Made by a program: the position numbers and the translations under genes. From contig OX597818.1 of assembly GCA_951406725.2 (NCBI GenBank), forward strand, positions 18,166,001-18,230,000: a stretch of 64,000 nt of DNA. The letters are read 5' to 3'. The notes under the pieces were generated by a model. It did no database searches. It worked only from the letters and a program-made list of their open reading frames with translations, and was not told the DNA's origin. Below are positions 25,523 through 40,088 of the stretch, in pieces. Each line of letters begins with the position of its first letter. The stretch's first letter is position 1. The stretch comes from Octopus vulgaris. Lineage: Eukaryota.

Positions 25523-28500
25523 GCATTTTCTACTATAATAGCCCCGGGCCTACCTATAGCTTGTGAGTAAATTTCAGACAGAATCAGTGGAAGCAGCCCG
25601 TCGTTTGTGTGTGATCCCCCTCTCCACCGTTTGGTGTTGGTCTGTTTACATCCCCATAACATAGCGGTTCGGCAAAAAGGAACTGTAGATTAAGTCAATT
25701 TCTTAGCCTGAACAACCCTTCAAGGCGGTGCTCCAGTCGTAGAGGGATCTCCGTCGTTTGACAATGAGAATCCAAATGTGCAATCAACTGAATTATCTCA
25801 AGTGTAAGTGGCTAATCATTTTACAGACACGCGTAGCCTTAACATAATTGTCGGACAAGAATCAGCATGACACAGTATGAGAGTGGTGTGAGACTAAGTT
25901 GTATTTTGAGTTGTAGGGACAGTCTATTTGATGGGCTTCTTCACAGTTACCGTTAACTCAGTTTCACTTATTAGGAAAGAGGTCGACCCGAAGCTACAGA
26001 AAATAATACTTGCATAAGAACACCACGCAGGGAGGTTGAACGAGGGACAACGTGGTTGTGAAACGAACTTCTTAACCATCCTAATATAAATTACTAGCAT
26101 ATACTTTATCGACAAGTCCCACCTAGTGTGTGTGCATACTGGGGTTAAAGCTACTCAAACAGACAATTATTATAATCGAAAATAAGTTGATTCTATAGCA
26201 CATGCAAAAACCAAAAAAAGGCATTATTTTACTAGTTACGAAGAACAAGTAGGGACATAGCACTATACCGTGTTAATGAAAACAGGATGGTCACCACTGG
26301 ATTGGAAAGTTTTTGAAAACGACAGGAATTAAAAAAAAAAAAAAGGCGTATTATCCGCTGTTTAGAACGCTCAACATTATGATCTCCGTTTCATAGAAAA
26401 TTTTAAATTGAAAATAAAACTTTAACCGTATCCTTACTACTGGTCCTAAATCCTAATTCGTAACCTTAACCTTCGGGACTTTATTTCCTCTTAACTTTTT
26501 TAATAACCTATATATTTCTACACGCATTAAGGCATCAAGCAAACTGTTTCATATTAAAATATTGTTTCGGAGTATAAATCCCGGGATATCCTACATATAT
26601 TTATAGACACACACATACACACACTACTACCATTTGCACAATTTCCGTGAACCAATTTCAATCCGAGGCTAGGATATAAAACACATGTTTAAAGTACAGC
26701 GCAGTGGGATCGAACCAAGAACCACGTGGTTGTGAAGCGAACTTCTTAACCACACAACAATGTCTAATAATAATTTGACCTCGAGACATTAATGGCATGA
26801 AAGTAAAACAAAACCGTAAAAGCAATTAAACGGTTAACATCACTGTACTTGCCGGGCTTCGTTCTTCGCAGTGATACTGATTAATGCTGACGATAATTTC
26901 TGTATCAAAGATTTAGAATCTATGAAGTGAGAATGAGTGGCGTTCATGGGTCTCTCAAGGACATTAAGGACATGACATGAAAATGATTTGGGACCGAAAC
27001 AATCGTGGTACGCCGGTTGGACGTCAACTCATCTACTCTAATGAACAGCGATTATATTATAGTGCAAAAGAAGCATCTAGACAGTCCTGCACCGCCTGTG
27101 CTATAATATCTAATCCCATTGTTAGTAAATAGAGAAAATGGATGGGAGAAATGGTGATATATGGGGTGGTGAGGGTGGAAAGAATGAGAGAAAACATGGA
27201 CGAAAAGGAAGGAGAATATGGAAGAGAAACCGTATGAAAGAACGAAGGAACAAATAACGATAACGTAAACAAAAGAACGATAGAAAGAAAGTGAAATCGT
27301 GATAAAGAATGAAAGAGGAGATTAAAAAGGATTAAAGAAACAACGAAATAAAGGGACAAAAATAAACAAATAGAAATAAAAACTAAGCATTTAGTTTTAA
27401 CGTAGATTTTTTTTAAATCCCACACATTTTTATATAATTTTTTTTAGGAAATATAAGTGTCATTTATATTGTTTGTTTAAAACAAAATCTACCAACAATT
27501 CAAAGTACAAGTAAATTTTTTAATTTAAAATGTTTTAAAATATATTCATATTTGATTTGTTTGCCATTAGACTGCGGCCATGCTGGGGCACTGCTTTGAG
27601 TTTTTTAAATCAAATGAATAATCAACCCCCAGTATTATTAAGGATTCGTTTTTTTTTTTTATAATTAAAAACTAATTGTTAGGCAATTTAAAAGAATTAA
27701 AAGTGATTTTCTTTTGTATATAAATAAAATCTATTTTGGTTTGCATAGTGTTTTTGTAATTTACAATTACGTTTTTTACCAGTAATAAAGTGAAATGATA
27801 GCATTTCAAATTTTCAGAAAGCGAAACTAAAGCGTTCAAATGCAAACGATATTTATATACGAAAAGAAATCAGAAAAAAAGTACTCGAGTGTCGTCAAGT
27901 TCCTAACCCTTAATCAGGGTCAGATTTTTTTTAGATGTTCAATGCAATAAAATTCCAAAGACTTTTTGTTTTTAAAATAGAAAAAGAATCGAAGGGGAAT
28001 GGTTTAATAAATTAACAGAGAACGGAATAAAGTGCCCAAAATTTTAAGAATGCAGCGTGGAAGACCCAAACACATACACGCGTATATACATACATTCAAA
28101 AGAACGTAAATATTAGAACAAGGAACATGGATTTGAGTTATTAACGAAGAAAAAGATATACACAAACTGAGAGTATCAACGTAAACGGTGGAGGACGACA
28201 GGAGAAAAGCAATAAACTAGATTTCTTAGTTTCTGTCGACCTTCATTAAGGATCGAACCTAAATAGTTTTGATTCGCAATAGTCTCGTGACTAGCCTTTG
28301 CAACAACAGCAATAACAGTAGATTTGCGCTATTACAATAGTCACTAACAAACTGATTTTGCTGTCATGGTTCCATCGTTGATAATTTACGTATGTTGTCT
28401 GTGTATGTATGCGTTATAGCTGTGTCCGCACACACCATGTTTACTGTATGTATACACGCGTGTGCGCACACACGTGCATGTACATGCTACAAACGAAAGA

Positions 28501-28528
28501 TCGCCTGTACATGTATATACACAACTAC

Positions 28529-28565
<37 letters not shown>

Positions 28566-31213
28566 TAAATACAATTAGCTATATATGTTTATATTCATAT
28601 CCATACACACACAGACATATATGTCTGTATATAAATATATGCATATACGTATGTATGCGTGGAATGTCCACGTATTGCATATATTTAAGGTATGTATATA
28701 CGAGTTGCGTCTGTTTACAACGTCGTTTATAGTACACAAGAGGCTGCATGTGTTGAAAGCTATATGCTACAGGTGTGTATGTACAGTGGATGGACGTGCG
28801 AGAGTGTATATTTAATCACCACTGTTGTTTAGCCGCTATCCACCCTCCGTCTTGGCGATCCCATTTTTTGAGAATACACAAAATATGACGTAGTCATGTG
28901 GTATACTTCTAAGGTAGGATCTGGCTGTTATTTCTGGCAGATTAAGAGGCTTGCTCGTTGGCTCGTGCATTTCATTCTATCCGTATTTGCTGTCGCTGTG
29001 GGTGTTTGTCGTTTAACCCAAGGCCAATCATGATCTGACAGACGTTTGTTCAGCAGCTTTCCAACCGTCTATCTCGCTGTCTTTTTTATGTTTACATTAT
29101 CTAACGTGTCAGTTTCTCTTTTTTTTTAGGATGGTTAGAGTATAATATATGTGTAGGAAGGGGAAATTTGGTTGATATTTCGGCTCGGTTAATACCCGTG
29201 CAAAAATATTTAACTGATTAAATGGGTATTCCGTAAGAAAAGCTTTGATGTAGTACTTAATCTAAGCTATAACGTAAATAAAGTTATGGTACTCGTTCTT
29301 TCTCAGTGCTTCTGCACAATAAGTGTATGTGTTTTATACACATGTATATATGTATACATGTGCATATTTAGTAGGTGGAATCACATTTTCTACGGAATTC
29401 GGGAAAAGGGTAACGTTTTTTTTCATTTTTTTTCTTAGAATTTACAATCCTACAAGAAAAAAAAGTTTTTCTCAAATTTTTAATTTGTTACTTAATACCC
29501 ACCCACCCTTTTATAATCCTTTTTCTTTTTCATTAGATATGGGAGACGGGCACCTATTTCGAAACCTGCCCGCCACATTTTCACCCTTAAAAAAAAAAAA
29601 AAAAAATGAAGAGAACATTCCAAGATTTGTGAAAGTGACTTTATGGTTTTCTAAGTAACGACGTTCTCAATGTTGTCAATTAAACGGATGGCGACGGACC
29701 TAAACATAAATTGTACAAATATGTTTGGTTTGCACTTGTATAAATTATATTTTGTCTATATTTGTAAATTCCATATTTAGTTTTTGACAGAATTTGAAAC
29801 TGAAACAATACACGATGCTTTTTCTTTCAATATTGAATACATATTACTTTCTGTAATACAACTGCTATTTCAAAAGAAGATCGACAGACCACGTATTAAG
29901 TTCCATTGCTAGCAACCTCTGACTGACTCGTTATGTTTATAAGCATGTGTGTACGAGCGCGCGCACGTGTACATGCGAGCGTACGTGTTAAATAAAATAG
30001 CTATGTCCGATTACGCGTAGGTAGAAAATAAATGAGTACATCATGTACTCTAATAGAATTTGACAAATAGTAATCCATTAATTAATATGAATAATGTTCG
30101 GCTATCGGATAACACCCAAGCAGGAATCCAAGAAGACACACGAAAAAATAAAATCCAGGGAAAATAATCACGAAAAACAGAAGTTAGGAAAAAAACATGA
30201 CAGAAAAAGTCGTTTATGTTTTGTTTCATTGATTGCGACCGAATAAAGTGGGTTTTCGTTTTCTTTTACATTTGCGCAATACCATGATATAAATTCTTTA
30301 TTCATTGTGTACAAGTTAGTAATATTAAAATATTTTAAATGAAAGGGGAGTTGTTCTCTGCCAAAATTGCGACTTTTCATTTTTTTTCTTCTGCAAAATA
30401 TCTTGTGTTTTCCTAGCTCGTTCACCGTTAGCATACATACATACACACCCAGTGACAAAACTGTTGTTTAAAATTTATTTCATCGTCCGATACTGTTTTC
30501 CAGTTTCATTCTAACCTGGTGTGATTCAAGTACTTCAGTTTTATTAGCTTTAAGTTAGCCCTATCGAGCTAAATCTATGATAAAAAGTGTTCCAGCTAGA
30601 CATACATCGTAGGACCCATATATTATCCATTGCACCCTTCTGGGGGTTTTTTCCATTTAAAGATGATAAGCGTGTTGTTTGAGGAAGATTCATGTTTCGT
30701 AGCAGATTAATGACAACGTAATAAATAGATCATTTGCTCGTCCAAAGTACTTGTAATATAGCCAGGGTAGATTTAATCCTCTATACCCCGCCTCCTATAC
30801 ATTTCTGGCATTGTGCCACTACTACTAGAAATCATTATTATAATTGCATCGTATGTGGATAAATTAAGTCATATCAATTATATAGCTAGAGTGCATACGT
30901 TAAAAGTACTCTATCAATTGTTTAGTCCCAGGTCAGCCCTGAAGACACGTGATCATAAGCGTTCCAGCCATGACTATCATGTCATTTTCAAGGCAGTGGA
31001 AAGAAGAGTACATATCTAATGCATGTTTTGTTTTTAAGACTGCAGGGCGTGATTTGAAAATTTGACTGCTATTTCTAGCAAAGTAAGCTACTGTGTAGAG
31101 GCTACTTCGTTAGCACATATTTTTGTTGATGGGTTGCGTCGACTTTTCCTTTTTTTAGATCGTATATATCTATCCTTCTACCCGAGCTTGCCCATCAACT
31201 ACATACACACACG

Positions 31214-31251
<38 letters not shown>

Positions 31252-32391
31252 AACACATACACGACTGTCTCAACATACCCATGACTGCCTATCTGTCTGC
31301 AGAAACCCGTCTGTCCATTTATGTCTGTTTGCTGTTAGCTTGTACATTATATTATAGTTTGATGATATTGTATGCTCATCAGGCTATCTGTCCATTATGT
31401 AAGCTCTCTTACCCACTTGTCTATCTATCTATCTAGTCTTAATATCTATCATGGTGAATTGGTGAGGATAACACTTAAATATATATTTTCGTGTGTAGGT
31501 GTAGTAACGCATCTCGATATGTGTTTCAAATATATTTATGAGTTATTGACTCCGTTAAACGTATTGACGCATATAGAAATATGCATATTCACAGGAAGCT
31601 CGTGGTTTTTGAGGAAAGACATAAAAATGAAAGAGAAGTGAGGAAATAGAGAACGACTACCGGAATCAGTGGTTATTATATTAAAAAGAAAATAATAAAT
31701 AAAAAGTGCAAATTGAAACGTAATCCTAAATTTTTATTTACTCATTTTTAAAACTGTTTCTCGTTCAAAATATTTTCAAGGAAAATAAAAATAAACAAAG
31801 GACCAGTTATCTTTCGGGACTAAGTGAAAAGTGAAATTTTCAATTTAAGGTTTTGATTGACGGGGCTCGTTTAAAAGTAGGAACAAGAAAAATAATGAAA
31901 AATAAACAAACGGAAAAGAGGGACCATATTGTCAAGTTAATGTCGTTTCCCGCCACACACGCACACCTGTGGGACTGTGGGTGGACATGGTGTTCTATCA
32001 ATTTATCTAATACAATAGCTATCTGATTCATCCACAATTTTAAATACGCATAAGAACACAAGTCACTCATTCGCTCAACATAAGAATTAGGAGGTTAGTC
32101 TCAAATTTATATCATACCGTCTTGAAAAAAAAAAAAAAGACGTTTGATAATGAAGTCCTAAGAAAGATTATGTCTAAAAAAATATACAGACGGAATGATT
32201 ACGGTTGAAGAGCCTTTTTTTAATTATAAATCTGCAAGATGACTGACCAACCTTGAACATACAACAATAACAAGAGCACATGCACATATTAAGAAGCAAA
32301 AAGCAATGGTTAACTACAGAAGTTTGTTTGGGTTTGTAAACATAAAAATAATTAAATATAGTTTGTAAATACAATCACAATAATAAAAATC

Positions 32392-32600
32392 TTTTCTACT
32401 ATAGACAGAATTTTGGGGTAGGTGACTAGTCGATTACATCAACTCTGGTTCTCGACTGGTACTTATTTTATCGACCCCGAAAGGGATGGAAGGCAAAGTT
32501 GACCTCGGCAGAAATTGAACTCAGAAAGTAAAGACAGACAAAACGCTATTATGCAATTTTTGCCCAGTGCGCTAACGATTCTGCTAAGCTCACCACCTTA
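32392..32600 (-). mobile_element. Family A SINE
   Basis: GTCGATTACATC..CTGGTACTTATTTTATCGACCCCGAAAGG..GCTAACGATTCTGC. Confidence 0.8.
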
Positions 32601-34767
32601 ACAAAAACAATAATAATAATAATTACAAAAATGGTGGTTGTGGTCGTGGTAAAGATACCGGTACAAATTTTTCGAGCTTTTTATAAAGAATGTACTTAGA
32701 GAATGACTCATATACGTATAAAAAGTCTCTTGTACTTTCTTTTAGGTCAAACTTTAAAAAATTACTTGGAAAATTTGAAATAGCAATATTTTTCATTTAC
32801 TGTCACATGAAAACAAAAGAAAAAAAAACTAAAAAAAAAAACACCGAAATTAAGTATTTCGTAATTGGTAATAACTTCCTGACATTCATTCATTCATTCG
32901 TTCATTCATTCATACATACATACAATTTGATTCATTCACTTTCTTCGTTATTTATTTCATGGTTCGGTGTTATAATATCCATTGGAAATACAATCGCGCG
33001 AGAAATTTTAAATTATTTCATATATACAAACGATAGCAACAACAACAAAAAATTAAGAGTTTAAGTTTTTGTAATAAAACGTCAAGAGGTTTACCTACCT
33101 ACAAGATGTTTTACAAACCCGAATGATTGAGAATTTTTTTTCTTTTCCGTATTAAAAATGTTTTCGTAATAAAATTATTACCAACTGTTGCGTAATAATT
33201 CTCCATCCAACGGGGGTGAACAAATAACAGGTTCCAGCTATTTTTAATTTTATTTTTAATGAATTCGAATGATTGGAAATATTTTTCCGTACCAAAATAA
33301 GTGTTATTAAAAAAAAAAAAAAATCAGAAATTTTTTTAATACTTCAATAATGCTATATTTTAAGCTTTCGTGGCCAAAACTTAGCACTAACCCATTTTGG
33401 CTTTAAAAAAAAATCAATTGATAAAATATCCCATAAGAAAAAACTAAAAAAATTACTACAAAAACAATACAAAAAGAAATGAAAATATCTTCATTGGTGA
33501 GTTATAAATATTTAAGCCAATTAAACGATTAACAAATCCTCGTATCCAAATCGAAACTGGTCACTATGGTTCCGGATGAAAAAGATCCGAACAAGAACAG
33601 TTTATGTTCTGAAGTTTTTTGTTGTTTTTTTCCACATACCATTCGCTCTATACAGACATGAACACAAATTATATATATATGTATGTATAATAAAGGCTGG
33701 AAACTTCACAAAGCGTTACTCCGAGTTTTACGTTACCGATATTCGGACACAGGAAGCTACGTAGAAAGAGAGAGAGAAACTCGCACTCGCACACACTTAG
33801 TATACAGAGAGAACGAAGAAAAGAGAAACGTAGAGGAAAAACTTAAATACAGAGGAAGAAATACATGCACGTGTGTGTGTGTATACATATATATAAACTA
33901 TATTCTTGAAGGAGGGAGAGTGTTATAGATGTATAAACAAGCACATGGTTTAAGTGTTCAGTTTATCAGCTGTTGCTATTTCATTCTAGTAAGTGAATAG
34001 TATGTAATGTTTCTATGTACTTTATGAGAATAACCATGTTTGCCTGTAATGTGTGCATGCGCCTTCGAGTCTATGGTTGTGTATACACAATACATATAAT
34101 TGCTATCTATATATGTAAGTATATATATTAGCTGAAGTCGATTATAAAAATGTAGGTGTGTACACAGCACCCGCAAGGGTGTATGTATGTGTGGTGTGGT
34201 GTGTCTATTACGCTAGTCTTCTTCGGCCATTAAGTTGTTTTATGAAGAGTCTGATAAAGTGGTAAAGTTACAAGTATTCAGAGTAGACTTTATATAAACA
34301 AAAACGGAGGTGGTTACGTATTAGAGAAAAAATAGATGCATACAATATAAAAATAAAAAAGATGACAAGGATAAAACACGGAAGACGACGAACAACGATG
34401 ATGATGACGACGACAATTAATAAACAAAAGCAACGTTGTTCGATGTATGATGAAAAGAAGAAATAAAGGAAGAAACGTTTAAATAATAGGTTAATCGTAT
34501 ATTTTGACCGAGGAAATTAAAAACCACGTCAACGAATGAATATACACTTTTCACATAACTAATTGGTGCTTTGGGAATACATATATAATTATAAACAAAA
34601 CGCTTTTCAACTATTTTAATGTCAGTAATTTGAGGACCGTACATTATTATATTAGCTGTCTATCCCTTTGCTGACATAGTTTTATTTTAATTCCCTGTTA
34701 AAAATACACGGAATAGCAAACTTAGCTCATATTCTGCCAGTGTACGTATGTCTATATGCATATTTAC

Positions 34768-34817
<50 letters not shown>

Positions 34818-35580
34818 GTATGCATATATGTGTGTGTGTGTGAACTGGCTCGACATAACATGATTTTCAATAACCGCAGTTTCAAATCCACGATATTCAA
34901 GAAAGAAAATGTGTTGAGCAGAGGGGGGTGGGGTGTCGAGCTGTCAGAGTGCAACGGGTGAGATAGTGTTGCCGTGTTTATGTGTGTTTACGTTGTCGTG
35001 GTCGTCAAGATTCGGGATGTACCAACTTCCTCTATTTTTTTTTTTTTTTTATTCTTCCATTCATTCACTCATTCATTCGTCGCTAACAATCAACAATGAC
35101 GTTTAGATAATATATCAAATGCACTATTAACACAGAGGAAAACACATACTCAACACACACACACACACGCATAGACAGATAAACGCAGATATTATACACA
35201 GACACACCTACCCGGCCATTAACAACATATGACATCAACACAGAGAGCGGCAAAAATAAAGATGCCTACCTGTTTCTCAAAATTAACATTTCTCCGTCAA
35301 GTCAGCCATTTTAAGTACACACACAGGGAGAACTCATTGCTTCTTGTTGCTTTTACTCCGTCGCAGACCGCATTATGTTTCCCTTTGGTTTCTATATGTT
35401 GTGTGTAAAAGTCTGTATAGTATGGTGAGTTCGTGTTATGTTTGTGAAAGAGAGAGAGAAATCGGTAAGTGGCAATGTATGGGAGTGAGAAAGAGATAGT
35501 ATGTGTGTTCGAGAGAGAGAGAAAGAGAGAGAGAGAGAAATACAGAGCATGTGCGAGAGGGACAGAAAGTCTGAATATCA

Positions 35581-35617
<37 letters not shown>

Positions 35618-36076
35618 AGACAGTGAAAGTGAAATATTGATAGACAGTGTAAGCCTGTGTGTAGAGTTAGTTTTAATCACTGCGTCGTTTTGTCGATAGA
35701 AATAAATTACATACGGCTAAGAGAGAGAAAGAAAAACCAAGCTCACTGTAGCAATAACAAATGTTTATTAACATTTGTCTTCTGCCAGTTTGCCCCCTAT
35801 AAATTTCTACTCAAACTTGCATAAATAATTTTTAAAGTTTTTTTTTTAATTTCTTAGAGGGGAAGATGACACCACCACCACCACCACCACCAACAACAAC
35901 AACAATTATTAAAGAAAGGAACAAATTTAAAACAATTTTTTTTCTTCTTTATTCTTCCGTCTCTATCATCTGCCACCCTCTCTCCTTTCCCTGCTAGCAA
36001 CTTTCAAAGTAAGAGAAAAGAAAAAAAAATATATAAAAACAGGAAACGAAAAACTGTGAAGAAACTTAACTTTATT

Positions 36077-36181
<105 letters not shown>

Positions 36182-36733
36182 CGTGTACACGAACTGTAGT
36201 CAACAAGTGTTTGATAAACCGACAAAGCAGCCAGCTAGCATCCCACAGAGTGAAGGAGAGAGGGAGGGAGTAAGTGTGGAACTCCTATATATATTACATA
36301 CACGATCGTAGATAATACATAGCATAATTACAGCACGCTACAAATCCACATTTATACAATCGCATTATTGTAACTGAATATAAAGTGTAAAAATAAATTT
36401 TCAATTCTCAACCGATTGCTTCAACACGTATCTCTTATTGTTCGTTACTCTGTTTATCTTTTTTTTTTTACATATAGTTTTTCTTCGTTCCTCCCTTCCT
36501 TCCTTCTCTGCTTCATTCTTTTTCCATTTCTTTCTCTCCTCTATTTCCTTCATCTTTATACTGTTTCTTTCAACGCAATGGAAAGGTTGAGCAATATTGT
36601 TTTAGTTATCCGGAGGATCGCTTTCCCACCCTCACCCCCTTTCTCTCTCTCTCTCTCTCTCTCTCTTTCACTTCAAATGCTATTTGAAAGTCTAAAGTTA
36701 CACATAAGAGAAAAGATAAAAAGATAATTTCTT

Positions 36734-36770
<37 letters not shown>

Positions 36771-37228
36771 TTTTTATTGTTAGGACCAAGTGGTACAAAC
36801 GATATTACCGCATCGTAGAAAATCACTGGCCATGTATCCTAACTTAGACGCATGGTGTATAATCGCTTTGCAACCACGCGGTTTCTAGTTCTGTCTCACT
36901 ATAGCACTGGGCCGACAATACCTTGTCAGAAAATTTGGCAAGACGGAAACTGTATAGAAGCCTGTCACAACCTGGGACCTTGAAGACTGCTTAAATGCAA
37001 GAAAGTATACTAGTGCTTTAATATTTGATGGTCAATATTTCATCTATTCAATAAGACAATCAATACTTCATTTCATTTTACTATATATACTATTTATACT
37101 ATATATTCTATATTCTACAGTAATATTATAAAGAATATAAATGAAACATAAAAAACAGACTAGAGTTGGAATTCCTTTGAATGATATATATCCCTCTATA
37201 TACAATCATACAAACCCCTTTTCATATA

Positions 37229-37269
<41 letters not shown>

Positions 37270-37668
37270 GAGTGGCTGTGTGGTAAGTAGCTTGCTAACC
37301 AACCACATGGTTGCGGGTTCAGTCCCACTGCGTGGCATCTTGGGCAAGTGTCTTCTGCTATAGTCCTGGGACGACCAATGCCTTGTGAGTGGATTTGGTA
37401 GACGGAAACTGAAAGAAGCCTGTCGTATATATGTATATATATATATATATGTGTGTGTGTGATTGTGTGTCTGTGTTTGTCCCCTAGCATTGCTTGACAA
37501 CCGATGCTGGTGTGTTTACGTCCCCGTCACTTAGCGGTTCGGCAAAAGAGACCGATAGAATAAGTACTGGGCTTACAAAGAATAAGTCCCGGGGTCGATT
37601 TGCTCGACTAAAGGCGGTGCTCCAGCATGGCCGCAGTCAAATGACTGAAAAAGTAAAAGAGTAAAGAG
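37270..37668 (+). mobile_element. Family B CORE-type SINE, full length
   Basis: Near-identical to the reverse complement of 18822-19207. Confidence 0.92.
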
Positions 37669-37832
37669 ATATACACATATACACACACACATATGCGCAG
37701 GTGTGGCAGTGTTGTAAGAAGTTTGCTTCCCAAACGCATGTTTCCGGGTTCAGCTCCACTGTGTGGTGCCTTGGGCAAGTGTCTTCTGCTATAGCCTCGG
37801 GTCGACCAAAGAAGTTCGCTGTATCTCTCTCT

Positions 37833-37884
<52 letters not shown>

Positions 37885-37887
<3 letters not shown>

Positions 37888-38093
37888 TTTACTCTTTTAC
37901 TTGTTTCAGTCATTTGACTGGAGCACCGCTTTTAATCGAGCAACTCGAACCCGAGACTTATTCTTTTGTAAGCCCAGTACTTATTCTATCGGTCTCTTTT
38001 GCCGAACCGCTAAGTAACGGGTACATAAACACACCAGCATCGGTTGTCAAGCAATGCTAGGGGACAAACACAGACACACAAACACACACACGC

Positions 38094-38124
<31 letters not shown>

Positions 38125-38285
38125 CATATATACGACGTGCTTCTTTCAGTTTCCGTCTACCAAATCCACTCACAAGGCTTTGGTCGGCCCGAGGCTATAG
38201 TAGAAGACACTTGCCCAAGGTGCCACGCAGTGGGACTGAACCCGGAACCATGTGGTTGGTAGACAAGCTACTTACCACACAGCCA
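37885..38285 (-). mobile_element. Family B CORE-type SINE, inverted relative to 37270-37668
   Basis: The same head, microsatellite and tail in reverse orientation. Confidence 0.92.
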
Positions 38286-38300
38286 ATATATATATATATA

Positions 38301-38815
38301 CTTGCTGCGTGTATACTCTGCGATGACATCTCTCACGCCGGACTTCTTTCTGATGATCTTGCTATTTATGTGCTCTCTCAACGAGGTACCAAGCATTGAC
38401 CTTTCCTTGGCTCTTTGAGCCGTTACCAGTCTTTGCTCTTCTCTCTTTGTGGTAGCCCATGTTTCACTACCATATAACATTGCAGGCAGAACTGCACTGT
38501 TAATGAGGTTGGCGCGGGTGGTCCTGTCCAACCTTCCCTTGAGCACATCCCTTATGCCATTGAACAAGTATAGATGGGCTGGACACGTCGCCCGGCTCAC
38601 CGATAATCGGGACGCACGCAGTTGTCGAGTGGTACCCGCGTGAGCGGAAAAGACCACCCGGGAGACATCCGCGACGGGGAATTACGATTTCAGGAGGACG
38701 ATTGGGATCATGTGGATGAGAAAGGCGCGATCCAGAGAGGAGTGGACAGCGTGCTGTGACCAGCGGTGTCAAATGGACGCCTGACGGACTGGTTGGTCAA
38801 AGTGATCAAAGTGAT
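38301..38815 (+). mobile_element. 5'-truncated RTE-clade LINE with inverted 5' segment
   Basis: 38301-38564 (-) encodes ..NSAVLPAMLYGSETW..GVRDVIAEYTRSK. 38565-38815 (+) continues KYRWAGHVARLTDNR.. and ends in a (TCAAAGTGA)2 tail. TA runs flank both ends. Confidence 0.88.
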
Positions 38816-39020
38816 ATATATATTAATATAAAGGAACGGATGAGAAGTATTCGATCTGATAGTGCAGAGTAATAATGTATCTTAGTCGATCCAGTTCACT
38901 ATTAACCGATTAACCAACAAACATCTAACCAGTTAGACGTCAGGAAAACTCTAAAGTAAGAAAGAACTAGATCAACTGAAATTGTACACAGACACACACA
39001 CACACGTAGATTGATTTTAG

Positions 39021-39078
<58 letters not shown>

Positions 39079-39099
39079 TTCAGAAGGATCAGCATTAGC

Positions 39100-39600
39100 A
39101 CAAATGAAATCTTGCAATATAGAGGCTTATTGAAGAGAGCAAATAGCAAAACCTAAAATCTGTCACAACATTCGTAAACTTTAGCAAATCTTTCGACTCA
39201 GTCCACCGTAAAAAAATTATGCAGATTCTCTGGGCGTTACGTTATCCATGACACCAGTAAAAATTACTATCAACATTCTCTACAAAAATACTGACGCTCA
39301 GCTATTATCTGATGGTGATACAGATTCGTCTGAGTTCCTGATAGGAAGTACTACAAGGTGATACTCTTGCACCTTTGCTGTTCATTATAGCCTTAGATTA
39401 CTTATTACTAATTACATCAGATGTAGCAGGAACAAGTTTCCAAATATGTCCTCCAAAATGTAGACGCCAACGTACAACAGTATTGTATAACCGGTGTATA
39501 ATTACGCTCGATTATACAGATAAAGTAATTCTTACTGCTAATAGTACGGGTTAAAGAAGCTGCAAATGTGATGCGCTACACGTCAGTGAGGCTAAGACTG
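39100..39600 (+). pseudogene. Degenerate LINE RT fragment (RTE/RTEX-like)
   Basis: TFVNFSKSFDSVHRKKIMQIL (39168-) and VLQGDTLAPLLFIIALDYL (~39348-) RT motifs with frameshifts. Confidence 0.8.
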
Positions 39601-39624
39601 AGTATATGGTTTTCAATACATATA

Positions 39625-39782
39625 CAGGGTCGGACCCAAGGAGGGGATGAGGAGCACGAGCCTCCCCCCCCTCAAGAAAAGGAGTACGCCCTTCTAAATA
39701 ATGTTATTACACCTTTTCTCCTGGAATTTTATTCCCTTCTGACCTTGTGCCCTCCCTTCGAAAAATTCCTGGGACTGCGCCT
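39625..39782. mobile_element. Small MITE (Harbinger/hAT-like)
   Basis: CAGGGTCGGACCCAAGG ... CCTGGGACTGCGCCT imperfect TIR around GC-rich subterminal runs. Confidence 0.45.
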
Positions 39783-39834
39783 AATATATCATCAAAGAGT
39801 GTAATTTTCATATGTGTTACTAACTTCATGTATC

Positions 39835-40088
39835 TGAGATCATGGACGGTGTGTGTGTTTATTGAGCAAAAACACCTAAAGCTCCACGCGTCTCCGGCAG
39901 GGGATGGTGGCGACCCCTGTTGTACTCTTTCGCTCCAACTTTCTCTCACTCTATCTTCCTGTTTCTTGAGTAACGCTGCGATGGCCTGGCGTCCCGTCCA
40001 GCTGGGGGGAACACATAATCCACAGAAATCGGGAAATCGGGCCGATGAGCCTGGGTAGGCTTGAAAAGGGCGCATAAATAAAAGAAAA
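39835..40088 (+). mobile_element. Family C-related SINE, 5'-truncated
   Basis: Shares AAACACCTAAAGCTCCACG..CTCCGGCAG..CAACTTTCTCTCA with 13808-14079 and has an A-rich tail. Confidence 0.8.
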
